DNA of 64,000 bases from Octopus sinensis. Taxonomy: Eukaryota. Within the stretch, counting starts at the first letter, position 1; the number at the start of each line of letters is the position of its first letter. The DNA is taken from assembly GCF_006345805.1 (NCBI RefSeq), contig NC_042997.1:191332001-191396000 (forward strand), read 5' to 3'. The notes beneath the pieces were generated by a model. It had not been told where the DNA came from and did not search any database. It saw only the letters and a list, made by a program, of their open reading frames with translations. A program made the translations under genes and the position numbers. This document shows positions 12,505 to 23,727 of this stretch, one piece after another.

Positions 12505-12694
12505 CTTAAAATACGGTACATACATAGGTGGTCAATAGGCAGTGTGGTTAAAGTAATGGATCAATTCTTTTGCAATAATCATTCAGGTTGTCTTCACTAT
12601 CTCACTAAGACAAACTTTGCTTTCATTATTATGTAATTGATTAAAGAAATAAAGTACTGTCCTGTACTTGAATCGATTCTTCTCTTTCTTTCAG

Positions 12695-12846
12695 TCTTTC
12701 TCTGTCTAACTGTTTCTCTCATCTGGAAGTTATCAGCTACAGTCCAGCCTGAAGAGAGTCTGTCTGCTCTGAAAATGCCCCAGACATGTCACATGTCATG
12801 ACAACACTCCTACAACTACATCAAGGAATTGAGCACCCTAGCAAAG
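12695..12846 (+). CDS. Candidate exon 1 of a small spliced ORF (ATG at 12786: MSHVMTTLLQLHQGIEHPSK)
   Basis: Strong acceptor cttctctttctttcag. Frame is open to a non-canonical AAG|GCAATT donor except for TGA at 12750-12752, upstream of the ATG. Phase 1 matches the 17747 exon. Confidence 0.3.
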
Positions 12847-12954
12847 GCAATTTGTGCGTCTGTGAGTGTGTGTGTGTGTTGTGTATGCATGAATCTATGT
12901 GAATATATGTGTATATGTATGTATGTGTGTGTGTTTGTATATATATATATATAT

Positions 12955-13400
12955 ATATAGTTAATCCAAACATGAAAACACAAAGAGAAAACATGACAAC
13001 GCGAGGACGTGGAACAAGTATAGTATTATTGGACGCTCAGGAAAGAAGGAAAGAAGAAGGCTTTAACGTTTCGAGCGGAGCTCTTCGTCAGAAACATAGG
13101 AAAAGGAAAGATCCAAAGAAGGGAAGACAGAGGAAAAAAAATCCCCAACAGTACACATGCGGTCACATTTTGAATATATATATATATATATATATTGTTG
13201 GCGATTTTCTTTCTCCGTCTTCCCTTCCTTGGACCTTTCCTTTTTCTATGTTTCTGACGAAGAGCTCTCCTCGAAACATTAAATCAACCTTCTTTCTTTC
13301 CTTTCCTGAGCATCCAAATAACACTAAACTTGTTCCACATCCTTGTGTTGTTGGATTTCCTCTTTGTTCATGTTTGGATTAACTATATATATATATATAT
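12955..13400. mobile_element. Inverted pair of hammerhead-bearing elements around a (TA)n core
   Basis: Starts tatagttaatccaaacatgaa and ends ttcatgtttggattaactata. HHR on minus at 13062-13095 (GTTT-CTGACGA-A-GAGC-TCC-GCTC-GAAAC-GTT-AAA) and on plus at 13250-13284 (GAAAC-ATT, helix III damaged). Confidence 0.7.
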
Positions 13401-14170
13401 GGGCTGTGAATCCTGAGAAAATGCATAGGCTTGAAAGAAATGAAGCTAGTATGCTCCGCTGGATGTGTGTAATGTCAGTGTGCATGCACAACAAAGTGTA
13501 AGCTTCCTGAGAAAAAAGTTGGACATCAGAAGTATCAGATGTGGTGTGCAAGAGAGACGACTGTGCTGATATGGTCATTTGATATGCATATGGATGAGGA
13601 CAGCTGTGTGAGGAGGTGTCACGCCCGAACTGTGGAGGGAACCTGTGAAAGAGGTTGACCTAGAAAGAATGTGAAGAGGTGGTGAAGCACAGCCTTCAAA
13701 CGTTGGGCCTCACAGAGGCAATGACAAGTGACCGAGACCTTTGGAGATATGCTGTGCTTAAGAAGACACAGCAAGCCAAGTGAGATCGTAGTTGTGGCCG
13801 ATACCAGTGTCGCATAACTGGCTCATTTAAAAGCACCCTTCAATCTTTGAGTGATATGCCATGCTTATGAAGACCTGTTGAACCCAGTGAAAATGTAGTC
13901 GTGGAAGATTGGCATCCATGCTGGTGGCACATAAAAATCATCACTTAAGTGTGGCCAATGCACCTGTGCCAGTGGCACATAAAAAGCATCATTCGAATGT
14001 GGCTAATGCCAGTGCCACCTGAATGGTACTTGTGCTGGTGACATGTAAAAAGCACCCACTACACTCTTAGTGTGGTTGGTGTTAGGAAGGGCATCCAGCT
14101 GTAGAGACCTTGCCAAATCAGATTGGAGAATGGTGCAGCCTCCAAGTTTGCCAGTTCTCAGTCAGACTAC
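13401..14170 (+). mobile_element. RTE LINE 3' end: decayed ORF C-terminus plus 3' UTR
   Basis: RLERNEASMLRWMC...*YGH...RG*PRK..EEVVK..DRDLWRYAV matches RTE ORF ends. It is followed by the ggtggcac-taaaaagc repeats and the ttaggaagggcatccagc block, so the many short copies are RTE 3' UTRs. Confidence 0.85.
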
Positions 14171-14174
14171 CCAG

Positions 14175-16570
14175 TTTAGAAGTTACTGAATTTTCAAGAA
14201 GATATACATTGTTACAGACTCTGCCATAAAAACTGATCCCATAAAAGCAAAAAAATCAGTGACAGGTAGAGTCACTGATTTTTTTGTTTTCATGGGATCA
14301 GTTTTAATTTATAGACTAGTTTATCAAGTCCCTTGTATATCTAAGGCTGAGAGAACAGAGGGCAGTGTCTGTTAGGGCTGAGGGAGCAGACAGACATCAT
14401 AGCTGGTATAGTCATAAAAATCAAGATTTATTAGAAGCAATATCATGAGGTTTGGTAAAGGAAAACTTAAAATAAGATGTTAGCTGATAATTAAGACCAC
14501 TGATAATGAAACAGGGGAAGTCTTATCATGTAGTTAAATATTTTAAACAATGTTACTATATTGTATACAGTTAAAGTTTAGGGTTATTCAAAGAATTATT
14601 AAGAAGAATATTATAACAAAAGGATAGAAATTTATGAATACTTTTGAGTATATACCAAACTTTTACTGCAATAGAGGGAGGAAAAGAAATTATCCTGAAA
14701 TAGTTTAATATCTATACATATTGTACACTTAAATACTAACTCATTAGATGGTATCTGTGAATATTGATTAATTGATATATACAGGTATTAATAAAGGAGT
14801 ATTGAGGTAAAGGAACATGCTAATTATATATTAATAAAATTATAATCGAAGCAGTATTTTTTTATTAGTAGTGAATATACCAGTATAGTTTTATATAAGC
14901 TAAGTATGAATTCACAGAGATGCAAAAATTAGATTAATTCTATAAATAAATAAAGGTTAATTATAAAATAATAAAGAAATAAAATAAACAAGTAGGGCAG
15001 AACACTATAGAAAAGGAAATAAAATGGCTTAATTACTAATACTATGGTAATGTATATGTAGCTAATTAACACCAATAGAAAAGATTTTTTTTTAAATGTA
15101 TAATTCAAAATATATCAGACTAAAAATTATATATTTACTTATTTAGCTAATATCAATAAAAGACTGATGTCTGGAATCAGCTAAAGGAATATTTAAGTTA
15201 TGTAACGATCATATTTTACACTAATCTTTTTTTAAAACTAAGGGTTATATCATAAGTTTAAGAAGTTATTATTGTTACTCCCTACATGATATTTATAGTT
15301 TCTTAGTGGTACTTGTTTAGAAGGGTTATTTATATAAAGGCCCTTATAAATACTAAGATGTGGGGGGGGGGGTGTTAGAACCATTTAAGAAAGAGATAAA
15401 TCAAGTAATTTCTAAAGATCATTTCAAACAATATTGTCTTATTGTATAAAGTTAAAATTTAGGGTAATCAAGAAGATTATTAAGAATGAAATTTTAACAA
15501 AATGATAAAACTTCTTTGAATATTTTGAGTATATACCAAATTTTTACCACAATAGAGGGAGGAAAAGAAAATTGCAAAGAAATAGTTTAATATTTATTTA
15601 CATATTACTTATCTAAATATTAACCTATTATATGGTTTCTATGGAGATTGATCAAATGGATTTAATTGATATTTAATAAGGGAGCAACTGAGGTTAAAGA
15701 ATATGTCAACTATATACTGATTTAATTAAATTGAACTATTTTAAGTTGTCGAGATACTGGTATTACCTTATATAAGGTGAGTACGAATTAATAGGGGTAC
15801 AAGGGTTAAATTTATTTAAGACTACTATAAAATAATAATAACAATAACAATAATAAAATGATCAGTTAGGGTAGGGCATCATAGAAAAGGAATAAAAACA
15901 GCCTAATCACTAAAAACCATAATAAAATATCCATACCTTATTAATTTCAATAGCAAGTATTTATAGAAAATGTATAATAATTTAAGTATTATGAGCTAAA
16001 AATTGTTAATTAACTTATTTAGCTTATTATAATCAGGTGTTGGTTAAAAGAATAATTGTTGTTAAAAGGACATGCTAATCATATACTAATATTAAATTAA
16101 GAGGTATAATATAGATTTCAAAATTTATTTGTGTTAATCCATAAATGATATTACAGTTTCTTAGGGGTATTTAATTAGAAGGGCTGTTTGTATAAAGCCG
16201 ATATAAATACCAAAATTAAGAGGACGGAACACTTTAAGAAAGGTATAAAAAAACTTAGTTGCTAAAACTATTTTAAACAATATGTTATTGTTGTAAAAAG
16301 TTAAAATTTAGGGTTATCAGGAAGATTTATCATAGAGGTGAGAGGACAAATTTACTATAAATTAGTTAAATTATAATTTAGGTAGTTTAATTTTTAAGTT
16401 GTGAAGATACCCATATTGTTTTTATAAGCTGAGTATGGATTTATAGGGGAACAAAAATTTAGGTGTGTCTAAAGGCAATTATAAAGTATTAAAATGATTG
16501 GGTTGGGTAGAAACACCATAGAAAATGATATGAAATAGCTTAATCACTAAATTCATGATGAAGTATATAT
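14175..16570 (+). repeat. Diverged tandem array of ~850-880-bp AT-rich units (about 2.5-3 copies), unclassified
   Basis: Anchor agttaaa(g/a)tttagggt at 14569/15450/16299; caatagagggaggaaaagaaa at 14669/15550; tta(t/c)agtttcttag at ~15293/16151. Confidence 0.75.
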
Positions 16571-16606
16571 ACAACTTAGTGTGTGTGTATATATATATAT
16601 ATATAT

Positions 16607-16998
16607 CATCATCATCATCATCATCATTTAGCGTCCGCTTTCCATGCTAGCATGGGTTGGACGGGTCAACTGGGGTCTGTGAAGCTGGAAGGCTTCGTCA
16701 GGCCCAGTCAGATCTGGCAGTGTTTCTACGGCTGGATGCCCTTCCTAACGCCAACCACTCCGCGAGTGTAGTGGGTGTTTTTTACATGCCACCTGCACAG
16801 GTGCCAGACAGAGCTGGCGAACGGCCACGAACGGATGGTGCTTTTACGTGTCACCGGCACGGGGCCAGGCGATGCTGGCAACGGACACGAACGGATGGTG
16901 CTTTTACGTGCCACCGACACGGGGCCAGACAGAGCTGGCAACCAGCCACGAACGGACGGTGCTTTTACATGTCACCGGCACGGGGGCCAGCCGAGGCT

Positions 16999-17000
<2 letters not shown>
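16607..17000 (-). mobile_element. RTE 3' UTR with ~60-bp minisatellite units
   Basis: Near-identical to 23728-24440 in reverse orientation. Confidence 0.85.
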
Positions 17001-17070
<70 letters not shown>

Positions 17071-17095
17071 TATATACATATAACATATATATATG

Positions 17096-17632
17096 TGGGC
17101 CTCACAGAGGAAATGACGAAAGACCAAGACCTCTGAGATATGCTGTGACTGCGAAGACCCGACAAATGAAGTGAGTTCGTGGCTCACAGGATGGCCTGCT
17201 GTGCTAACCTTGGATCATTGGGTGACCCGATGTTCTTGATGAGACCTATTGAGTCAAGTATGTCAACAGCAACATCAAAATAAAAATCAAATGGAAATTG
17301 TAGTTTAGATACCCATGCCGGTGGCACATAAAAACACCTTTCGAACGTGGCCGATGCCAGCGCCGCCTGACTGGTGTCCATGTCGGTGACACATAAAAAG
17401 CACCAGCCGATCATGGCCGTTTGCCAGCCTCCTCTGGCCCCTGTGCTGGTGGCATGTAAAAGGCACCCACTACACTCACGGAGTGGTTGGCATTAGGAAG
17501 GACATCCAGCTGTAGAAACACTGCCAAATCACACTGGAACCTGGTGCGGCCTCCTGGCTTCCCAGACCTGGTCGAATCATCCAACCCTTGCTAGCATGGA
17601 AAACAGACGTTAAATGATGATGATGATGATGA

Positions 17633-17636
<4 letters not shown>
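17096..17636 (+). mobile_element. RTE 3' end (last ORF codons, 3' UTR, (GAT)n tail)
   Basis: tgggcctcacagaggaaatgac... aligns to the 13.7-kb RTE end. Confidence 0.85.
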
Positions 17637-17677
<41 letters not shown>

Positions 17678-17746
17678 GTGTGTGTGTGTGTGTGAGTGCG
17701 TGAATCTATTCTTGTGACCTAAATTTCACATTTTATTTCTTTTCAG

Positions 17747-17781
17747 AAATCCAGGGAGAAAGGGCAGCTTGTCTTTCTAAA
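17747..17781 (+). CDS. Candidate 35-nt exon ((E)IQGERAACLSK)
   Basis: acattttatttcttttcag acceptor and AAA|GTATGC donor; phase 1 to 0, open. Confidence 0.5.
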
Positions 17782-17844
17782 GTATGCTCACATCAGAAGC
17801 TGAAAACTTATAGCCAAGTGCAAGAAAAGCACCTAACATATAAG

Positions 17845-18073
17845 AAGGTGTTTTTACATGCCACTTGCATGGGTATCTTAACTACAATTTCCATTTGATT
17901 TTTATTTTGATGTTTGTGTTGACATACTTGACTCAATAGGTCTCCTCAAGAACAGCGGGTCACTCTACGAGCCAAGGTTAGCACAACAGGCCATCCTGTG
18001 ATCCATGAACTCATTTCATTTGTCGGGTCTTTGCAGAGGTCTCGGTCTTTCGTCATTTCCTTTGTGTGGCCCA
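17845..18073 (-). mobile_element. RTE 3' end fragment, inverted relative to 17096-17341
   Basis: Reverse complement aligns throughout with 17096-17341. Confidence 0.85.
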
Positions 18074-18391
18074 ACGTGCCACCAGCATATAAGGAAACAG
18101 CATTGAACATGAATGACTGTGGTTTTGGAATCTCATTTTGCAACTCAAATTAGAGTTCTGTTCATTCTTAGTATTTCTGTTTTGGGGAATCTGAGATCAA
18201 CTAGGTATCTTCCAAAATCTGACACATTTTCTCTCTCTCTTTCTCTTCCTCTCTCTCTCTCTGTCTCTCTCAAAGAGCTTAGGCTTGAAACATCAAACAC
18301 TTTTCCATTTTTCCCATGCACCAAACTAATAAATCTGCTTGTTGTTCCCTCACTTGTCTTTGTCTTTTGTTGCCTGTACATTTAAACCATA

Positions 18392-18444
<53 letters not shown>

Positions 18445-18747
18445 GTATATATATATATATACATGCATACCTCGCTCTGTGTCCTTAATTGGTTCCAGGA
18501 AATACGACTTAGGTCGAATTAACATGTCTCTAGGCTAGGCTAGGCTGAATTTACTTGTCTCTAGGCTAAATCCCCATAATAACCATTCCCACTTTTGTAC
18601 TTTATTTATGAATGCATTTTCAATAATACATGGTTAACCTATTTTTAATAATACGTGGTTAACCTATTTTAAGCTTACAAACAAATAATTTTATTCTTTA
18701 ATACAGTACAGTAAAAAAAGTTATGAATGCAATTTGGCGGTTTTTAC

Positions 18748-18802
<55 letters not shown>

Positions 18803-18805
<3 letters not shown>

Positions 18806-19358
18806 GGAGTAAACACATAAATGTGAAACAAGGTGGAAAAAAGAGTACTCAAATACCAGTGGTAGAGTAATATGCTTTATTTTAAGCAGCAGAAAATTCA
18901 ACAAAATCTGTTACTCTGAGTTTCTCTTTGCCGTTCATCAGACAGTTTTTGCTAGAATGGAACCGATATATCAATTCAATCTAGACTCTTACAAACGCTA
19001 CACCTTTTTAAAAAATGGACTTGTTTGATTGGCCCTTTAGAAAAAACGGTCAATCTTCGAGCGATAAACAAAAAGGTCAAAAATATATGTATATATATAT
19101 AATTTTTATAATTTTTATAAGTATTTATATATATATACATATATTTTTGACCTTTTTGTTTATCACTCAAAGATTGACCGTTTTTTCTAGAGGGCCAATC
19201 AAACAAGTCCATTTTTTTAAAAGGTGTAGCGTTTGTAAGAGTCTAGATTGAATTGATATATCGGTTCCATTCTAGCAAAAACTGTCTGATGAACGGCAAC
19301 GAGAAACTCAGAGTAACAGATTTTGTTGAATTTTCTGCTGCTTAAAATAAAGTATATT
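18803..19358. mobile_element. Hammerhead-bearing element folded into a ~490-bp palindrome (18868-19358)
   Basis: Arms ~230 bp with about 6 mismatches and an AT spacer near 19100-19125; HHR on minus at 18908-18945 and on plus at 19282-19319. Confidence 0.85.
19282..19319 (+). ncRNA. Type-I hammerhead ribozyme motif
   Basis: CTGT-CTGATGA-ACG-GCAA-CGA-GAA-ACTC-A-GAGT-A-ACAG: 4-bp helix I, GNRA-capped helix II, self-complementary helix III, GUA triplet (predicted cut after 19315). Confidence 0.7.
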
Positions 19359-19389
19359 ATATATATATATATATATTATATATATATAT

Positions 19390-19855
19390 ATCATCATCAT
19401 CATCATTTAACATCTGCTTTCCATGCTAGCATGGGCTGGACGAATGACTGAGGGCTGGCAGACCAGATGGCTGCACCAGGCTCCAATCTTGATCTGGCAG
19501 AGTTTCTACAGCTGGATGCCCTTCCTAACGCCAACCACTCTGAGAGTGTAGTGGGTGCTTTTACGTGACACCAGCACGGGGCCAGTCAGGCAGTACTGGC
19601 AACGACCTCACTCGAATCTATTACACATGCCACCGGTACAGGTGCCAGTGAGGCAATGCTGGTAACGATCATGCTCGAATGGTGTCTTTTACGTGCCACC
19701 GGCATGGAGGCCAGATAGCCACTCTGGCAACGATCACGCTCAGATGGTGCTCTTAATACCCTACTAGCACGGGGCTCAAGTGCCAGTAATGTGACGCTGG
19801 TAACGATTATGCTCGAATGATGCCTTTTAAGTGCCACTGGCATGGAAGCCGGTTA
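19390..19855 (-). mobile_element. RTE 3' UTR with diverged ~60-bp repeats
   Basis: (cat)n tail at left, ggatgcccttcctaacgcc block, repeated tttacgtgccaccggca units. Confidence 0.8.
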
Positions 19856-19878
19856 TATATACATACATATATATATAT

Positions 19879-20574
19879 ATCTCTATATTATAAATCTGAA
19901 ATGCGAAAAGTTTGTTTGTTTGTCTGGTTTTGGCATTGAGAACGGCTTAAAGGCCACTAGATCCCGTCGGATTGACTCCAAAATTTACAGGGACATGTAA
20001 AAGGTGTCGTTGCTAGGGCCAAAAACGCACTTTGACAAGTCGACTCTCATTCTTTTATGTATCTGTCTTCCTCCGTCACTCACTCTCTTTCCTCCCTTCC
20101 CATCACTTTCTATATATAATGTCATTTAACAGCGTCTAACTCCCCTTTACTTTCTCTTTATAACGTCGTCAAACAGCGTTCTATATCTCCCCCTCACCGC
20201 CTTCGACAGCGCTTTCACACTCTCTCTCTCTCTCTACGTCTGTCTGCATTCATACACAGAATTATCATCGCCACCACCACCACCCAATCATGAGAACAAA
20301 TATTATGAATCAAATATTTATTGGGTTAATTTATATATGTGTGTGTGTGTTCTATATATAAATATGTATATTAAACTTTTTAATACTTTTTGATAGTTAT
20401 ATATATATTTTTTTAAAATTATAAATATAAATTAATAATTTTAATTTTAAATTTAAATAATTTTAATTTTAAATTTTATATTTTATATATTTTGTATATT
20501 ATATTTTTATTTTTAGTTTTCGTTTATGTTTTTCACTGTTTGATTTGCCTAAGAGTGGTTTTATCTCTAATTCA

Positions 20575-20616
<42 letters not shown>

Positions 20617-20678
20617 ATTTGTATACATTTGTATATATAATGCGTACACACACACACACATATATATATATATAATGC

Positions 20679-20715
<37 letters not shown>

Positions 20716-20880
20716 GTGTGCATAATGTGGTCGGTTGTGCTGAAATATGCACACCTATGTTAAAAGTGCTGGCGAGTTTGCATGGCAACTATTTTTTTCC
20801 TCAAATGAAAGGTGTGACCTCTAGGACAAAATTCCTCATCTTAAAATGTGACCCGAGTAGACCCGAATGAAATCGGGTTA
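19879..20880 (+). mobile_element. Non-autonomous Helitron-like element, ends uncertain
   Basis: 5' tctctatattataaat...gtttgtttgtttgtc...cggattgactccaaaattt; subterminal hairpin acccga-atgaaa-tcgggt near 20862-20880; no clear CTAG end. Confidence 0.45.
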
Positions 20881-20958
20881 TATTAACCAAATTATATTAA
20901 CCAAAATGTGAAAAGAGGTCTAAATGGGGCTTGAAGGGGATTAAGATTTACAGGAGCG

Positions 20959-21240
20959 GGTGTTTAGGAATTTTCTGTTACATGAAGCTAAAAAATTTGC
21001 GCCAGCCTTTAAATCGTCAACGTGTTGCCGTCCATGATGAAGACGTTTTGAATGCTTGCCATGGTGAGTCTACTGTCATGAGAAAGAATCACTTCAAAGC
21101 TTGGTGTTTAGGAATTTTCTTTTATATCAAGTTCAAAATTTTACGCCAGCCGTTAAACTGCCACTATGTTACTGTCCGCCGTTAAGAAATGCCAGCCATG
21201 GTGACTCTACTATCCTCACATTCTATCCTTTCAAACTTTG
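20959..21240 (+). repeat. Diverged ~143-bp tandem duplication
   Basis: ggtgtttaggaattttct...cgccagcc...gccatggtga(g/c)tctact occurs twice. Confidence 0.65.
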
Positions 21241-21537
21241 GTTTCCAATATTTTTTTTATTTTTATTCAGCTCGCAAGTTCGTCTGTCCCTTTTAAATGT
21301 TAGTGTTTTGCTTTCTACCTTGAAGCAGACCTTTCCGTTGTCACTGCCTGATATTTATGATTGATCTTTCAAACTACTTTCTTTCTCAACTTACTCAAGA
21401 TCTTTTATTGTTTATAAATGGGAGAGAGATAGATAGAGAAAGATAGAGAGTAAGAGAAAGCAAAGGAGAGTCCGAGAGAAAGGAAGAGTAAGAGAGTGGG
21501 AAAGGGAGAGAGAAAGGAGAGAGAAACAAAGAGGGAG

Positions 21538-21850
21538 AATCATCATCATCATCATCATCGTTTAACGTCCGTTTTCCGTGCTAGCACGGGTTGGATGGTT
21601 TGACCGGGGTCTGGGAAGCCAGGAGGTTGCACCAGGCTCCAGTCTGATCTGGCAGTGTTTCTACAGCTGGGTGCCCTTCCTAACGCCAACCACTCCGTGA
21701 TTGTAGTGGGTGCTTTTTTCGTGCCACGGGGGGAGGGGCACTGGCAGCGGCCACAATCGGTTGGTGCTTTTTACGTGCCACCGGCACAGAAGCCAGTCAA
21801 GGCGGCGCTGCCATCAGCCACGTTCAGATGGTGCTTTTTACGTGCCGAAA
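21538..21850 (-). mobile_element. RTE 3' UTR
   Basis: (cat)n tail plus conserved blocks. Confidence 0.8.
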
Positions 21851-21912
21851 GGATGCAACAGAAAATAACAACCACACTCTTACCTGCGCATAGAGCAGGT
21901 CACCTTCAGCTA

Positions 21913-21998
<86 letters not shown>

Positions 21999-22270
21999 TA
22001 CATACATATACATGTATACATACATATACACACACACTCAAGCATACATACACACACACACATACACACACACACACACACACACATACACCCATATAGA
22101 CAGTTTTTATCAAAAAATACCAAATAACAGGAGAAACATATTTCAAACGTGAGTGTATGTACATTTTTAAATTTTAATCAGCAGGAAGTTACAAAGGTGA
22201 CTGATCTAAAAAATTAAATTGTTATGCATGTGTGTGTATCTATATATATTTATATACATATACATATATA

Positions 22271-22876
22271 CAGGGTGCAATGAATATCTAAATCACGTAA
22301 AAATGAAAATAATGCTGACATCTCATTTTAACAGATGTATTTACCAAAAATAAGGTGACCAGATGTTAGAAGTGATGTGGTTGCAGAAATTGTCTGACAA
22401 TCATGACAGGGTTCTCCTGCTTTTGTGGCATGGTGCAGACTCCTGTTGCCAGACATCGGATCTTCCAGCAGTCACTCTCTTGAGCCAGGACAGCACTCCC
22501 TCCTCCAGGCACTCCGTGTTGAGTCTGAGTCCATGCTGGAAGATGAATAGAGGCATAACGTTGCCATCACTAGTGATCAGCCTAAACACCATGATGTTGA
22601 TTGGATGTTTGATTTTTATTACTCTCAGTACATGTCCTTAGATTGACACCCAAACACTCCGAAGTGTTCATATTGAAGCTTCTGGCCTGAATTCTGGGAA
22701 GTGTAGCTGTCATTTCTAAATTTTTGATAGAGTGAATTGCAACATGGTGCTGCTTTTCTCACAGACAGTGTCCAACTGACCCTACTATACTGTGTAGTCA
22801 ACAAAATTCAAAACAAACAATGCACCTGCATGAAATTAAAAATATAAAGTGGTGACAATTTACCCATTGCACCCTG
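22271..22876 (-). mobile_element. Internally deleted Tc1/mariner-superfamily (maT/DD37D-like) transposon
   Basis: TIRs cagggtgcaatg / cattgcaccctg in TA context; relic MVFRLITSDGNVMPLFIF..GLRLNT..WQQESAPCH. Confidence 0.8.
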
Positions 22877-23080
22877 CATATATATATATATTAATATTCA
22901 ATATTTCATCTATTCAATAAGACAATCAATACTTCATTTCATTTTACCATATATATATTATTAATACTATATATTCTATATTCTACATTAATATCATAAA
23001 GAATATAGATAAAACATAAAAAACCGAGTTGGAGTTTCTTTGAATAATATATATCCCTCTTTACACAATCATGCAAACCC

Positions 23081-23139
<59 letters not shown>

Positions 23140-23306
23140 TATTAAGATAACTATTTGCAATTTAGAACTCATAGGCAACAAGTACAGCTGCCACAAAAAT
23201 GGCATCAGCCGTTACATTAGTGACAGCAACTATGTATGTATGTATGTATGTATGTATGTATGTATGTATGTATGTATGTATGTATATATATCTGTGTGTG
23301 TGTGTG

Positions 23307-23339
<33 letters not shown>

Positions 23340-23344
<5 letters not shown>

Positions 23345-23580
23345 CAAAATGGGACAAGAACACAAAACATTCAAATAGACGATACAAAAAACACGGACGG
23401 GTCATTCGAAGCCTCTAATCTTCAGTCAAGAACCGGATCATCCTCGCAATTTCGGCTGATTAATCTTGAGATTGCTCCGATCTGGCCAGCCCCAAGGAAA
23501 AACTAAGTTACAAGCATTAGATTTCTTGGAAAAAGGATCGAATGTATATGAAACAAGGACAAAAAACGGACAATGTTACA
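23340..23580. repeat. Unclassified CpG-rich element between (TA)n tracts
   Basis: Complex sequence inserted in microsatellite; single copy here; no ORF or convincing HHR. Confidence 0.35.
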
Positions 23581-23727
23581 CATCTATGTATGTAGATATG
23601 TTTATATATGTATGCATGTATGTATATATGTATATATGCATGCATATATGTATGCATACAAGCATATATATGTGTGTGTATATGTGTATGTGTGTATACA
23701 TATATCAAAAAGCAGGGGTTAAGTGAC

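Noticed and set aside
14220-14268. 48-nt in-phase exon candidate
   Set aside because: It lies in a copy-specific inverted duplication within a repeat and is probably chance.
21269-21296. 28-nt exon candidate (also 27397-27460)
   Set aside because: Splice signals are plausible, but they are not needed for and do not fit the phase-0 join of the preferred chain. They are left unresolved.
23400-23500. CTGAAGA...GAA on the minus strand of a (TA)n-inserted element
   Set aside because: No consistent helix I/II/III pairing.
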